Below are positions 42,722 through 51,861 of a DNA stretch of 64,000 nucleotides, piece by piece. The number at the start of each line of letters is the position of its first letter. Within the stretch, counting starts at the first letter, position 1. Under the pieces are notes generated by a model. The model ran no database searches and was not told the origin of the DNA. It saw only the letters and a list, made by a program, of their open reading frames with translations. The position numbers and the translations under genes were made by a program. The stretch comes from Deltaproteobacteria bacterium (GTDB lineage Bacteria; Myxococcota_A; Polyangia; Polyangiales; Houyiibacteriaceae), in contig JAXMNT010000005.1 in the NCBI GenBank assembly GCA_034670305.1, forward strand, positions 128,001-192,000. The letters are read 5' to 3'.

Positions 42722-43575
42722 CTCTTCTTGCCGACGAGGGCGCCGTAGAGATCGGGGCGGCGGTCGCGGAAGAACCCCCAGCCGGCCCGGCCGCGCCCGA
42801 GCGCGTCGCGGTCGAAGGTCGCGAGCCGCACGCCCTCTTCTTCGGTGTCCATCTCCTCGATGAGCTCGCCGCGCGGGTTCGCGATGAAACTCGATCCGTA
42901 GAACTGCATGGCGCCTTCGGTGCCGACCCGGTTGGATGCGAGCACCGGCATCGCGTTCGCGACCGCGTGCCCGACCATCACCCGTTGCCACGGCCGCCGG
43001 GTGTCGTTGTCCGGCTCTTCGGGTTCGGTGCCGATCGCGGTCGGGTACAGAAGCAGCTCGGCGCCGAGCAGCGCCATCGCCCGCGCGGCTTCGGGGAACC
43101 ACTGATCCCAGCAGATGCCGACGCCGAGCGCGCCGACCTTGGTCTGCCAGACCCGAAAGCCGGTGTCGCCTGGCCGGAAGTAGTACTTCTCTTCGTAGCC
43201 GGGTCCGTCGGGGATGTGGCTCTTGCGGTAGACGCCGAGCACCGCACCGTCGGTGTCGACCATCGCGACGCTGTTGTAGAACTCCTGCCCGGCGCGTTCG
43301 AAGAACGAGACCGGGATCGCGACTCCGAGCTCCTTCGCGAGCACCGCGAACCGCGCGATGGTTGGGTGGCCTTCGACCGGGTGGGCGAGCTCGAAGCGCT
43401 CCTCGAGTTCTTCTTGCGGGAAATAGGGCCCTTCGAAGAGCTCGGGTGGCAGGACCACCTGAGCGCCTTGGTCCGCGGCTTCGCGCACGAGGGCTTCGAC
43501 CCGGGAGACGTTCTCCACCACGGTGCCGCCGAGCGCGCACTGCACGATCGCGACGCGAATGGTTCCTTGGCTCAT
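42718..43575 (-). CDS. aguB: N-carbamoylputrescine amidase (nitrilase superfamily)
   Basis: PELFEGPYF, YRKSHIPDGPGYEEKYYF, ICWDQWFPEAAR, YPTAIG, FFRDRRPDLY. Confidence 0.92.
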   Translation of the reverse strand: MSQGTIRVAIVQCALGGTVVENVSRVEALVREAADQGAQVVLPPELFEGPYFPQEELEERFELAHPVEGHPTIARFAVLAKELGVAIPVSFFERAGQEFYNSVAMVDTDGAVLGVYRKSHIPDGPGYEEKYYFRPGDTGFRVWQTKVGALGVGICWDQWFPEAARAMALLGAELLLYPTAIGTEPEEPDNDTRRPWQRVMVGHAVANAMPVLASNRVGTEGAMQFYGSSFIANPRGELIEEMDTEEEGVRLATFDRDALGRGRAGWGFFRDRRPDLYGALVGKKS

Positions 43576-43632
43576 GGGGAGGTTGTTGCGTGGCGACGGG
43601 AAAGGCGCCAGCCGGCGTTGACGAAGGCGGAG

Positions 43633-43867
43633 GCCGAAGCCGACGCCGAAGCCGCAGCCGACGCCGAAGCCGAAGCCGACGCCGAACCCGATGCCGATGC
43701 CGAAGCCGAGGCAGACGCCGAAGCCGATGCCGATGCCGAAGCCGATGCCGATGCCCGACGCCGATGCCGGAGCCGATGCCCGACGCCGAAGCTGAAGCTG
43801 AAGCTGAAACCTCGCCGAAGCGAAACGCAGGCGGGCAGGGGCAAGGGCAAGGGCAGGGGCAAGGGGG
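43633..43867. repeat. Hexamer array (GAAGCC/GACGCC/GATGCC) followed by GGGCAA/GGGCAG tract
   Basis: Direct reading; between divergent aguB and ABC permease. Confidence 0.88.
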
Positions 43868-43924
43868 ACCCCACCCCCCGCAGAAAAGGCGGGGGTGGGG
43901 TCCGGCTCGGGTAGGGTCCTGGGG

Positions 43925-44863
43925 GTGGGCGCGACCTACTTGTTTCGGCGGCTGATCCGGGCGGTGTTGACGATCTTGGCGATCATCACTGCGGTGTTCG
44001 CGCTGGTGCGTCTGGTGCCTGGCGATCCGGTCGATTCGATCCTCGGGGACCACGCGGCGCCGGAGGAACGGGAGGCGCTGCGGGCGCGGCTGAAACTCGA
44101 TCTGCCGATCCTGGAGCAATACACGACCGCGCTCGGCGAGACGTTCGACGGCACGCTCGGACGGTCGTTCCGGACCGACCGCACCGTCTCGTCGCTCATC
44201 GGCGAGGTGATCGGTGCCACGGTGCGGCTCGGCCTCGCCGCGCTCGCGCTCGCGTGGCTGCTCGCCGTTCCGCTCGGCATCCTCGCGGCCCGTTTTCGTG
44301 GCCAAAGGATCGACCGCGCCGCTTCCTTCGTCGGGGTGCTCGGACTCGCGATCCCCACCATCTGGCTCGGACCGCTGCTCATCCTCGGGTTCGGGGTCCA
44401 GCTGCGATGGGCACCGCTGCCGGGCGATGGTGGCGACTCGCTGGGCGCGCTCATCCTGCCGGCCATCACCCTCGGCACCGCGCTGGCGGCGTCGATGATG
44501 CGCCAGACCCGCGGTGCGCTCGCGGCCGCCCTCGGCGAACCCTACGCGCTCGCCGCCCGCGGTCGTGGTCTGCCGGAGCGCAAGATCGTGCGGGGCTCCC
44601 TGCGCGCGTCCGCGCGGCCGGTCCTGACCATCGCCGCCGCGCAGATCGGCGCGCTGCTCTCCGGCACGGTGGTGGTCGAGAAGATCTTCGAACGGCCCGG
44701 GCTCGGAAGCCTCTTTCTCGACGCGTTCTTCTCGCGCGACATTCCCGTCGTGCAGGGATGCGTGTTGGTCATCGCGGTGATCTACGTGCTCGTGAACGTC
44801 GCCCTCGACGTGGCCTACGCGGTCGCCGACCCGCGGGTGCGGGTGCAGGCGGCGTCGGCATGA
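43925..44863 (+). CDS. Peptide/nickel ABC transporter permease (DppB/OppB-like)
   Basis: LVPGDP, LGRSF, LILPAITL, AARGRGL, VVEKIFERPGLG, RDIPVVQG, DPRVR; start approximate. Confidence 0.9.
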   Translation: MGATYLFRRLIRAVLTILAIITAVFALVRLVPGDPVDSILGDHAAPEEREALRARLKLDLPILEQYTTALGETFDGTLGRSFRTDRTVSSLIGEVIGATVRLGLAALALAWLLAVPLGILAARFRGQRIDRAASFVGVLGLAIPTIWLGPLLILGFGVQLRWAPLPGDGGDSLGALILPAITLGTALAASMMRQTRGALAAALGEPYALAARGRGLPERKIVRGSLRASARPVLTIAAAQIGALLSGTVVVEKIFERPGLGSLFLDAFFSRDIPVVQGCVLVIAVIYVLVNVALDVAYAVADPRVRVQAASA

Positions 44864-45654
44864 CACAGCGGCTCGCGCTGGGCTTCGTGGTCCTCTTCGG
44901 TCTGCTCGCCGTCTTCGGCCCGTGGCTCGCCCCGATGGATCCGACGACGATCGATCTCGGCGCCCAGTTCGCTTCGCCGAGCGCCGCGCACTGGCTCGGC
45001 ACCGGCGACAACGGCATCGATCTCTGGAGCGCGATCCTGCATGGCGCGCGGCTCGCGGGTCTCGTGGCGCTCGGGGTCGTCGGCTCGTCGGTGCTCGTCG
45101 GCACGGTGCTCGGCACGCTCGCCGGGTACCTCGGGGGCTGGCTCGACGACGCGATCAGCGCACTCGCGGATGTGCTGCAAGCGTTTCCCGGCATCGTGCT
45201 CAACGTCGCCATCCTCGCGCTCGTCGATCAGCCGGGGGTGCTGCATGTGATCGTCGCGCTCTCGGTGCCGGGCTGGGTGCTCTACGCGCGGCTCGCTCGG
45301 GCCGAAGCGATGTCGCTCCGCGATCGGGAGTTCGTCCAGGCCGCGGTCGCGCTCGGGGCGACCCGCATGCGCGTGCTCCGGCGACACATCGTGCCGAACC
45401 TGCTCGGGCCGGTGTTCGTGCAAGCGACGACCGGGGTCGGCGGCGTCATCCTCGCGGAAGCCACGCTCTCGTTCCTCGGTCTCGGACCGAGCCAAGGCGT
45501 CTCGTGGGGCGCGCTGCTCGACCAGGGTTCGGCGGTGCTCCTCCGGTTCCCGCACGTGGCGCTCGTGTCGGGCAGCACCATCGCGCTCACCGTGCTCGCG
45601 TTCAACCTCGCCGGCGACGGCCTCACCGACCGGTTCGACCCGCGCACCCGCTGA
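44860..45654 (+). CDS. Peptide/nickel ABC transporter permease (DppC/OppC-like)
   Basis: HWLGT, EFVQAAVALGA, RHIVPN, EATLSFLGLG, FNLAGDGL; ATGA overlap. Confidence 0.9.
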   Translation: MTQRLALGFVVLFGLLAVFGPWLAPMDPTTIDLGAQFASPSAAHWLGTGDNGIDLWSAILHGARLAGLVALGVVGSSVLVGTVLGTLAGYLGGWLDDAISALADVLQAFPGIVLNVAILALVDQPGVLHVIVALSVPGWVLYARLARAEAMSLRDREFVQAAVALGATRMRVLRRHIVPNLLGPVFVQATTGVGGVILAEATLSFLGLGPSQGVSWGALLDQGSAVLLRFPHVALVSGSTIALTVLAFNLAGDGLTDRFDPRTR

Positions 45655-45704
45655 TCCGCCCTCTCGTCTCCTGGGCCGGCAGCGGTCTGAGGTAGAGTCC
45701 GGCC

Positions 45705-46556
45705 GTGGTCGCGCCAGCCCCCGTCCAGCGCTTCCTGCCAGGAGCGGAAGCATCGATCGAGGTTCGGCGGTTCTTTCGAGCCATCGATCTCGGCCGCCAT
45801 CCGCCCCAGCGCAAGACGCAATGGGCGGCGGTGGTGGTCTCGGCGCGATTTCTCCTGCGCGACCGGCGGACCGAGCGGATCGAGATCAGCGAACACCTCG
45901 CGAGCTTGGGGAGCGAGCCGCCCTTGCCGAGCCTCGAGCACACGCCCCAGCCGGTGCATCACCGCTACTTCGAGAACATCGACGCGCAGGTCCACGAGTG
46001 CACCGTGTGCACGATGTTGCCCGGCCGGCAGCTCTGCTCGACCTGCGGTGGCTCCGGGCGCATTCAAACCGAACGAGACGAACCGATCGCCTGCCCCGGA
46101 TGCGAAGGATCTCGGTACCTCCCGTGCAGCAACTGCGACGGCCGCGGCCACGCCGTCTGGGTGGACGCGGTCTACCTCACGGACGCCGCCCTCCAGCTGC
46201 ACCGGGTCTACTTTCCATCCGCGTTGCTCAACGCCCGCATCTTCGAGATCGAGACGGCGCTGCTGGACTTCGCCATGCCGGAGCCTCTGGCGATCTCACT
46301 CGATCCCAAACTCCAGCGCGGCCCCTACCGCGACGCGGCGCCGCGACAGGCGGTGTTCCATGGCTTCGAGTACGGCGACGCGCTCGCTCGGGCACGCGCC
46401 GAGGTGGAGTTTCGCCTGGGGCAGCGGCCACTCGACAGCGAGGTGCGCGCGTACGCGTATCCATTGCTGGAGCTGCACCACCGGATCTGGGGACGGACGT
46501 TCCACCGCCTGGTCCTGGTCGACCCGGACGGACAGCCGCGTCAGTGGGTGGACTGA
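45705..46556 (+). CDS. Protein with DnaJ-type CxxCxGxG zinc-finger repeats and no J-domain
   Basis: CTVC, CSTCGGSG, CPGCEGS, CSNCDGRG. Confidence 0.7.
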   Translation: MVAPAPVQRFLPGAEASIEVRRFFRAIDLGRHPPQRKTQWAAVVVSARFLLRDRRTERIEISEHLASLGSEPPLPSLEHTPQPVHHRYFENIDAQVHECTVCTMLPGRQLCSTCGGSGRIQTERDEPIACPGCEGSRYLPCSNCDGRGHAVWVDAVYLTDAALQLHRVYFPSALLNARIFEIETALLDFAMPEPLAISLDPKLQRGPYRDAAPRQAVFHGFEYGDALARARAEVEFRLGQRPLDSEVRAYAYPLLELHHRIWGRTFHRLVLVDPDGQPRQWVD

Positions 46557-46642
46557 AGATGGCTCCGCTCGCCCCACGGGTCCGGCCGGCCCGGCATCCC
46601 AAGGCGCGTGCACCCCGCCCGGAGCATCGGTGGACTGTCGCG

Positions 46643-47260
46643 ATGGCGGTGATCGGTGCGGCGCTCTCCGCCGCCGCCTGCCGCAGCGCGCCTTTGCCCA
46701 CCCGCGACGCGAGCGCGGAAGCGGTTGGTGCGGAGGGCGAGATGGTCACGCTCACGTTCGCGCGCTGGAGACTGGTGCTTCCACGGACGGTGCTCCGCAG
46801 CGTCGAGCTTCGGTTCGGCGAAGGCGATGTCCGCACGCAGCTCGAGCTCGGACCGGCCCCGCTCGGCGCCACCACCGAGTCGCTCGGCGCGCGTGAAACG
46901 GAGACCCTCCGCGCGCTCTACGGCGCCGAACCCTCTCAGTCGCGCGTGCGGTTCGGGGGGGTGCGCGCGGTGGAGAGCCAGGTGCTCGAGCGCACGGTGT
47001 GGGTGGCCATGCGCAACCCGTGGCGGGCGATGCGGCTCTTCTTTCCCACCGCCGAACGAGACGCGCTTCTCGGCGACGGGTCGACCTGCGATGTGCTCGG
47101 ACTTCGTTTCTCGCCTGCGCATCCGCTGACCCGCGCGAGCTTCAGCGCGCCGGACCACGGGCTGCGTTTCGACGGCGCATCCGGCCGCCTCGTGGCGGGT
47201 CCCGGGGACGCGTCGGCCGCCGCGCGCGCCCTCGCACAGAGTTCCGCGACCCCGCGCTGA
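46643..47260 (+). CDS. Hypothetical lipoprotein
   Basis: MAVIGAALSAAAC lipobox; alternative start 46559. Confidence 0.5.
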   Translation: MAVIGAALSAAACRSAPLPTRDASAEAVGAEGEMVTLTFARWRLVLPRTVLRSVELRFGEGDVRTQLELGPAPLGATTESLGARETETLRALYGAEPSQSRVRFGGVRAVESQVLERTVWVAMRNPWRAMRLFFPTAERDALLGDGSTCDVLGLRFSPAHPLTRASFSAPDHGLRFDGASGRLVAGPGDASAAARALAQSSATPR

Positions 47261-47321
47261 GCGCCGTGTGCGGTCGCCGTGGGCCGTGTTCGGTCGCGGT
47301 GGCCCGTGGCACAGTGTCCCC

Positions 47322-48698
47322 ATGACCGGCATGCACTCTTGGAAGACCGCCGCAGCGCTGCTGTTCGCCATGACCCTCTCTGCATGCGGGGACGACGACG
47401 GATCGACCGACGCCGGCGCAGGGGATGCGCCCTTCGACGTCGGCGCGCGAGACGATGCGCCCGTCATCGACGCAGGCGTCGACGCGCCGAGCGCGGACCC
47501 GGTGGTGCAGCTTCCACGGACCGCGATCGAAGCCGACGAGCTCGCGGTGCTCGTCAACGACATGGACCCGCAATCGGTCGCGCTCGGCGAAGCCTATGTC
47601 GCGATGCGCGGCGTCCCAGAAGCGAACGTCGTGCACCTGTCGTTCGAAGTCACCGGCGCGGTCATGGACGAGGCCACCTTCGACACCCAGTACGCGGCGG
47701 TACAAGCCGCGCTCCCGGACACGGTCCAAGCGCAGCTCATCACGTGGACGACGCCCTACCGGGTCGAGTGCATGTCGGTGACGAGCGCCTTCGCGCTCGG
47801 CTTCGACCGCATCCACTGCAACACGACCGGTGAGGGGTGTGGACCGACCGCGGCGATTCGCTACTTCGACACCGACAGCACCCATCCGTTCACCGACTTC
47901 GAGATTCGCCCGGCGATGATGTTGGCCGCGACCTCGGTCGACAGCGGCACCGCGCTCATCGCGCGCGGCCTCGAGGCGGACGGCACCCATCCACCGGGCC
48001 ACGGCTGGCTCGTGCGCACCACCGACGTCGCGCGAAGCGTGCGCCACCCGCAGTTCCGCGGGGTCGACGAAGGGTTCGACGTCGAAGGCGGGCTGAGCTT
48101 CGACGTGATCGACAACTCCGATGGCTCGGGCACGAACCTCGTGACCGACGAGACCGACGTGCTCTTCTACTTCACGGGTCTGACCCGCGTGACCGATCTC
48201 GAGACGAACACCTACCGGCCCGGCGCCATCGCCGATCATCTGACCTCGTTCGGTGGCCGGGTGCCGGATGCTGGCGGACAGATGAGCGTCGTGGTCTGGC
48301 TCGAAGGCGGGGTCACCGGCAGCTTCGGCACCACCGTCGAACCCTGCAACTACACCACCAAGTTCCCGAACGTGGGCGTGGTGGTGCCGCAGTACTTCCG
48401 CGGCGCGACGTTGATCGAAGCGTACTGGAAGAGCGTGCGCACCCCGGGCGAAGGACTCTTCGTCGGCGAGCCGCTCGCGCGCCCGTTCGGCGAACAGACG
48501 CTCGCGTTCGAAGGCGACGAGATCGTGATCGAGACCAACGCGTTCGGACGCGACGACGGCTGGGTGTTCGAGTCGGGCGACACCGCGGACGGGCCCTGGA
48601 CCGAAGTGCAATCCGGCACCGTGGCCGAGTGGTCGCGCCAGACCTTCCGCCTGCCGAACACCGGCGCCCCGAACTACAGGCTCCGCCGCCCCGACTAG
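47322..48698 (+). CDS. TIGR03790-like lipoprotein
   Basis: TLSAC lipobox; LAVLVN..DPQS, PYRVECMSVTSA, PGAIADHLTSFGG, GTTVEPCNY..KFP, YWKSV. Confidence 0.8.
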   Translation: MTGMHSWKTAAALLFAMTLSACGDDDGSTDAGAGDAPFDVGARDDAPVIDAGVDAPSADPVVQLPRTAIEADELAVLVNDMDPQSVALGEAYVAMRGVPEANVVHLSFEVTGAVMDEATFDTQYAAVQAALPDTVQAQLITWTTPYRVECMSVTSAFALGFDRIHCNTTGEGCGPTAAIRYFDTDSTHPFTDFEIRPAMMLAATSVDSGTALIARGLEADGTHPPGHGWLVRTTDVARSVRHPQFRGVDEGFDVEGGLSFDVIDNSDGSGTNLVTDETDVLFYFTGLTRVTDLETNTYRPGAIADHLTSFGGRVPDAGGQMSVVVWLEGGVTGSFGTTVEPCNYTTKFPNVGVVVPQYFRGATLIEAYWKSVRTPGEGLFVGEPLARPFGEQTLAFEGDEIVIETNAFGRDDGWVFESGDTADGPWTEVQSGTVAEWSRQTFRLPNTGAPNYRLRRPD

Positions 48699-48738
48699 GG
48701 AGGCCGAAGGCCGGAGGGTTGGGGGCCGAGACACAGCT

Positions 48739-48815
48739 GCAGTGGCAGTGGCAGTGACGGGCGGCAGCGGCAGCGGCAGTGGCAGCGGCAGCGGCAGCAA
48801 CAGCGACAGCGACAG
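48739..48815. repeat. Hexamer array (GGCAGT/GGCAGC/GACAGC)
   Basis: Direct reading. Confidence 0.85.
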
Positions 48816-48887
48816 CCCTGTAGCCTCTCCTTCGGAAGTCGGCTCCTTCGTCCTTCGGACTCGGAGTGAATTCAGGTGGGCTTGCTG

Positions 48888-49019
48888 GCTCGGCGGCAGA
48901 TTGATGGTGGCGGAGTGCTCGGGCGCGTCAAGGGTGCCTTCGGCCCCAGCCTTCGGAAGGCTGGCTTCGCCCTTGACCCGCCCTGCGCTCTCCACCGGGG
49001 GCGCTTCGCGCCGCCGAGC
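48888..49019. other. Long imperfect inverted repeat (~130 nt) upstream of the four-helix-bundle gene
   Basis: GCTCGGCGGC (48888) pairs with GCCGCCGAGC (49010); GGGCGCGTCAAGGG (48921) with CCCTTGACCCGCCC (48970); inner CCAGCCTT/AAGGCTGG. Confidence 0.75.
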
Positions 49020-49054
49020 AACGTTGCTCATCCTCTCGGCGCGAGGAGGCTCTT

Positions 49055-49366
49055 GTGATTGTTCTCGAATCTTGTTTCGTTCTCGTTGGTGAGTTGCGTG
49101 GGGTGCTGGCAGCTGTTTCTCGCCGGGACCGTTCGCTGGGTGATCAGATGCGGCGGGCGGCTCAGTCCGTTGTTTTGAACTGCGCGGAAGCGAAGAACGC
49201 TCGCGGGAAGCGGAGCGTGGACCGGTTCTCCATCGCGTACGGTGAGGCCAGCGAACTGAAGGCGGCTCTTCGGTTGGTGCGGCTGTTTGGGTACGCGGAG
49301 GTTGGCGAGGAAGTCGAGCAGCGCTGCGATGAGGTGTGCGCGATGTTGTACCGGCTCAGTCGGTAG
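49055..49366 (+). CDS. Four-helix-bundle protein (23S rRNA IVP / Avd-like family)
   Basis: LGDQMRRAAQSVVLNCAE...RFSIAYGEASE signature; GGAGG RBS before GTG. Confidence 0.85.
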   Translation: MIVLESCFVLVGELRGVLAAVSRRDRSLGDQMRRAAQSVVLNCAEAKNARGKRSVDRFSIAYGEASELKAALRLVRLFGYAEVGEEVEQRCDEVCAMLYRLSR

Positions 49367-49373
49367 CGGCTGC

Positions 49374-49398
49374 GAGGCCCGCGTCAGTCGCGGGCCTC
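49374..49398. terminator. Hairpin between convergent genes (possible terminator)
   Basis: GAGGCCCGCG-TCAGT-CGCGGGCCTC perfect 10-bp stem; no U-tract. Confidence 0.45.
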
Positions 49399-49461
49399 CG
49401 CTTCGGCTTCGGCAGCGAGAGTTTGAGCGAAGCGAACCAGGCCCGCGGTGCCAGAAAACAG

Positions 49462-51861
49462 TCAGCGGACTTCGTGGAGCGTTCGGCCGGCTTCGACGAA
49501 GACGCGTAGGCCTGGGAACGCGGGCAAGAAGCTCCGGGGTGGTGGTTTGGTGCGGTCGCCTTTGACGATGGTCAGGACGGCGCGCGCCTGCGGGAGGTCG
49601 AACTCGACTTGGTAGGTCGCGTCGCCGAGCGACACCGTCCTCGGGAACAGATCTTCGAGCATGCCCTGCAGCTCGTACGGCAGCGGCTGGGCCAAGAAAT
49701 CGTCCTCGGACAAGAGCGCGAGTTCGTCGCCGCGTTCGATGCCGAGCTCTTCGACCCGCGCCACCACCCACTCGTCGAAGCTCGGCGGCGCCTCGAGCCC
49801 TTCCGGCAAACCGTGCTGTTGTCCGACCGAGGAGCGGGAGAGCTGCGCCGCGAGCGCCCGCGCGTCGAGCCGCACCTTGGTCTCGCGGATCGACTTCTTG
49901 AAGAGCGAACCACGCTTCAAGAGATCCACGATCGCCGCGCGGGCCACCTCGCCGACCGGCACTTCTTCGCGGGTGGCGAGCACCTTCTTGGCGAACACGA
50001 TCTCGATCTCCGCCAGCACCCGCTTCTTCTTCACCCAAGTCCGCGCGAGCCTCGGCCGGCCGAGTCCGGCATCGCGCAGCGTCGGCAGATCACAGGGCGA
50101 CGCACAGGTCGCGAGCAGCCGGCGGTCTTTGCCGGTGCCGAACGCGCGCACGTCGAAGACCACGATCGCTTCCGCGGCCACTTCGCCCGGCCGGACATCG
50201 AGCGCCTTCCAGACCGCCGACTCGCGCGCGAGCTGCAGCTCGGTCCCGCCGTTGGCGAAGGCGAACCGCTCGCTCTTCTTCGAGGAGCGCCGGCGGACCA
50301 CGTGCGCGTTGCGGGCGTCCGCGCCGAGCGCGACCTCGCGCAGCCGCCGCGCGTCCACGTCCTCGTGTGAGGGCGACGGCAACGAGAGCACCGCGCGCAG
50401 GCGGCGGGCCACGCTCTCTGCATCGCGGCGCGCGAGCCGGTCGACCGAAGCACCACCGAACCGCACCGCCCGGACCAGTGCCGACGCGTCGCAGGCGTCG
50501 ACGCGGATCGGGTCTTCGAGCTCCGGCGGCCCATGAAAGAACCGCCGGCCCGAGGACAGCGCCGCCACCAGATCGACCACGTCCTGGAGTACCGTCTCGT
50601 CCTCTTCGCGCTCCGAGATCGCGCGCGCCTCGACGATGAGCCGACCGAGCGACGCGTCGATCGGCAGCCCGAAGAGCTGGCGGCCGGCGCCCGTGACCGC
50701 GCCCGCTGCGTCGATCGCACCGAGCGCCCGCAGCTCGTCCCGCGCGTCTTCGAGCGCGCCGTCTTTCGGCGGGTCGAGCAGCGGTAGCCTCTCGACGTCC
50801 GGGTGGCCGCACGCCGCGGCGCTCAGCAAAAGCGGCACCAGCGACTCGCGGTGGATCTCGGGCGGTGTGCGTTCCTCGAGGGCGCCGCGCCGGGCCCAGA
50901 GCCGAATGCACACGCCCGGACCTGTGCGGCCCGCGCGCCCCGCCCGCTGGTCGGCGGCGTCCTGTGCGATCGGCAAGAGCGCCAAATGCGCGCGGCCCCG
51001 GTGGTAGCTGGTCCGCCGCACGAGGCCGGAGTCGATCACGACCCCGATGCCCGGCACCGTCAGCGAGGTCTCCGCGACGTTGGTGGAGAGCACGACCTTG
51101 CGCCGTTTGGTCGGCTCGAACACCCGCGACTGCGCGTCGAGGCTCAGGCCACCATGGAGCGGCACCAGATCCACCGGGAGGCTCCGCAGCGCGAGCTCCG
51201 CGGCCGCGATCTCCGCTTTGCCGGGCAGGAACACCAGCACATCGCCGGGCGCGTCCAGGGTGCGCACCACCTCGGCGATCCGGCGGTCGAGGTCGCGCGG
51301 GTTCGGCAGCGTCTCGCCGGCGTCGTGGTGGCGGATGTCCACCGGATGCAGCCGGCCGTCGGCCTGCAGGAGCGTGCCGCCGAGGTGCGCGGCGACCCGT
51401 GGTCCATCGAGGGTCGCGCTCATCGCCACCAGCTGGGTCTTCGGCGCGTTCATCAAGAGCGCGAGCAAGAGATCCACGTCGAGCCGCCGCTCGTGCAGCT
51501 CGTCGAGGATCACCGTCGGCGTCTCCTTCAACGCGTTCATCTGCCGCAGCGCAATGCCCGGCGTGACGAAGCGGACCACGGTCTCCGGCGAGATCCGGTT
51601 CTCGTCGCGCACCTGATAGCCGATGCGTTTTCCGAGCGCGCTGCCTTCGAGCGAGGCGACCCGCGAGGCCAGCGCGCGGCAGGCCACCCGCCGTGGCTCC
51701 ACCACCACCACCGGACCACGCTGCGCGGCCCAGCGCGGCACCTGGGTGCTCTTGCCGCTGCCGGTCGGCGCGGTGATCACGATCGGACCGCGCGTGGCGA
51801 GGTAGATCTCGCGCAGCGCGTTGACGGGCAGGTCGTCGTCGGTGGCGCGGCCGGCTACCAC
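49462..51861 (-). CDS. hrpB: HrpB-like ATP-dependent DExH RNA helicase
   Basis: APTGSGKST, EPRRVA, DELHER, MSAT, STNVAETSLT, QRAGRAGR. Confidence 0.85.
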   Translation of the reverse strand: MVAGRATDDDLPVNALREIYLATRGPIVITAPTGSGKSTQVPRWAAQRGPVVVVEPRRVACRALASRVASLEGSALGKRIGYQVRDENRISPETVVRFVTPGIALRQMNALKETPTVILDELHERRLDVDLLLALLMNAPKTQLVAMSATLDGPRVAAHLGGTLLQADGRLHPVDIRHHDAGETLPNPRDLDRRIAEVVRTLDAPGDVLVFLPGKAEIAAAELALRSLPVDLVPLHGGLSLDAQSRVFEPTKRRKVVLSTNVAETSLTVPGIGVVIDSGLVRRTSYHRGRAHLALLPIAQDAADQRAGRAGRTGPGVCIRLWARRGALEERTPPEIHRESLVPLLLSAAACGHPDVERLPLLDPPKDGALEDARDELRALGAIDAAGAVTGAGRQLFGLPIDASLGRLIVEARAISEREEDETVLQDVVDLVAALSSGRRFFHGPPELEDPIRVDACDASALVRAVRFGGASVDRLARRDAESVARRLRAVLSLPSPSHEDVDARRLREVALGADARNAHVVRRRSSKKSERFAFANGGTELQLARESAVWKALDVRPGEVAAEAIVVFDVRAFGTGKDRRLLATCASPCDLPTLRDAGLGRPRLARTWVKKKRVLAEIEIVFAKKVLATREEVPVGEVARAAIVDLLKRGSLFKKSIRETKVRLDARALAAQLSRSSVGQQHGLPEGLEAPPSFDEWVVARVEELGIERGDELALLSEDDFLAQPLPYELQGMLEDLFPRTVSLGDATYQVEFDLPQARAVLTIVKGDRTKPPPRSFLPAFPGLRVFVEAGRTLHEVR

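Noticed and set aside
49055..49366. Diversity-generating retroelement suggested by the Avd-like fold
   Set aside because: No reverse transcriptase and no TR/VR pair with adenine-specific mismatches were seen in the window.
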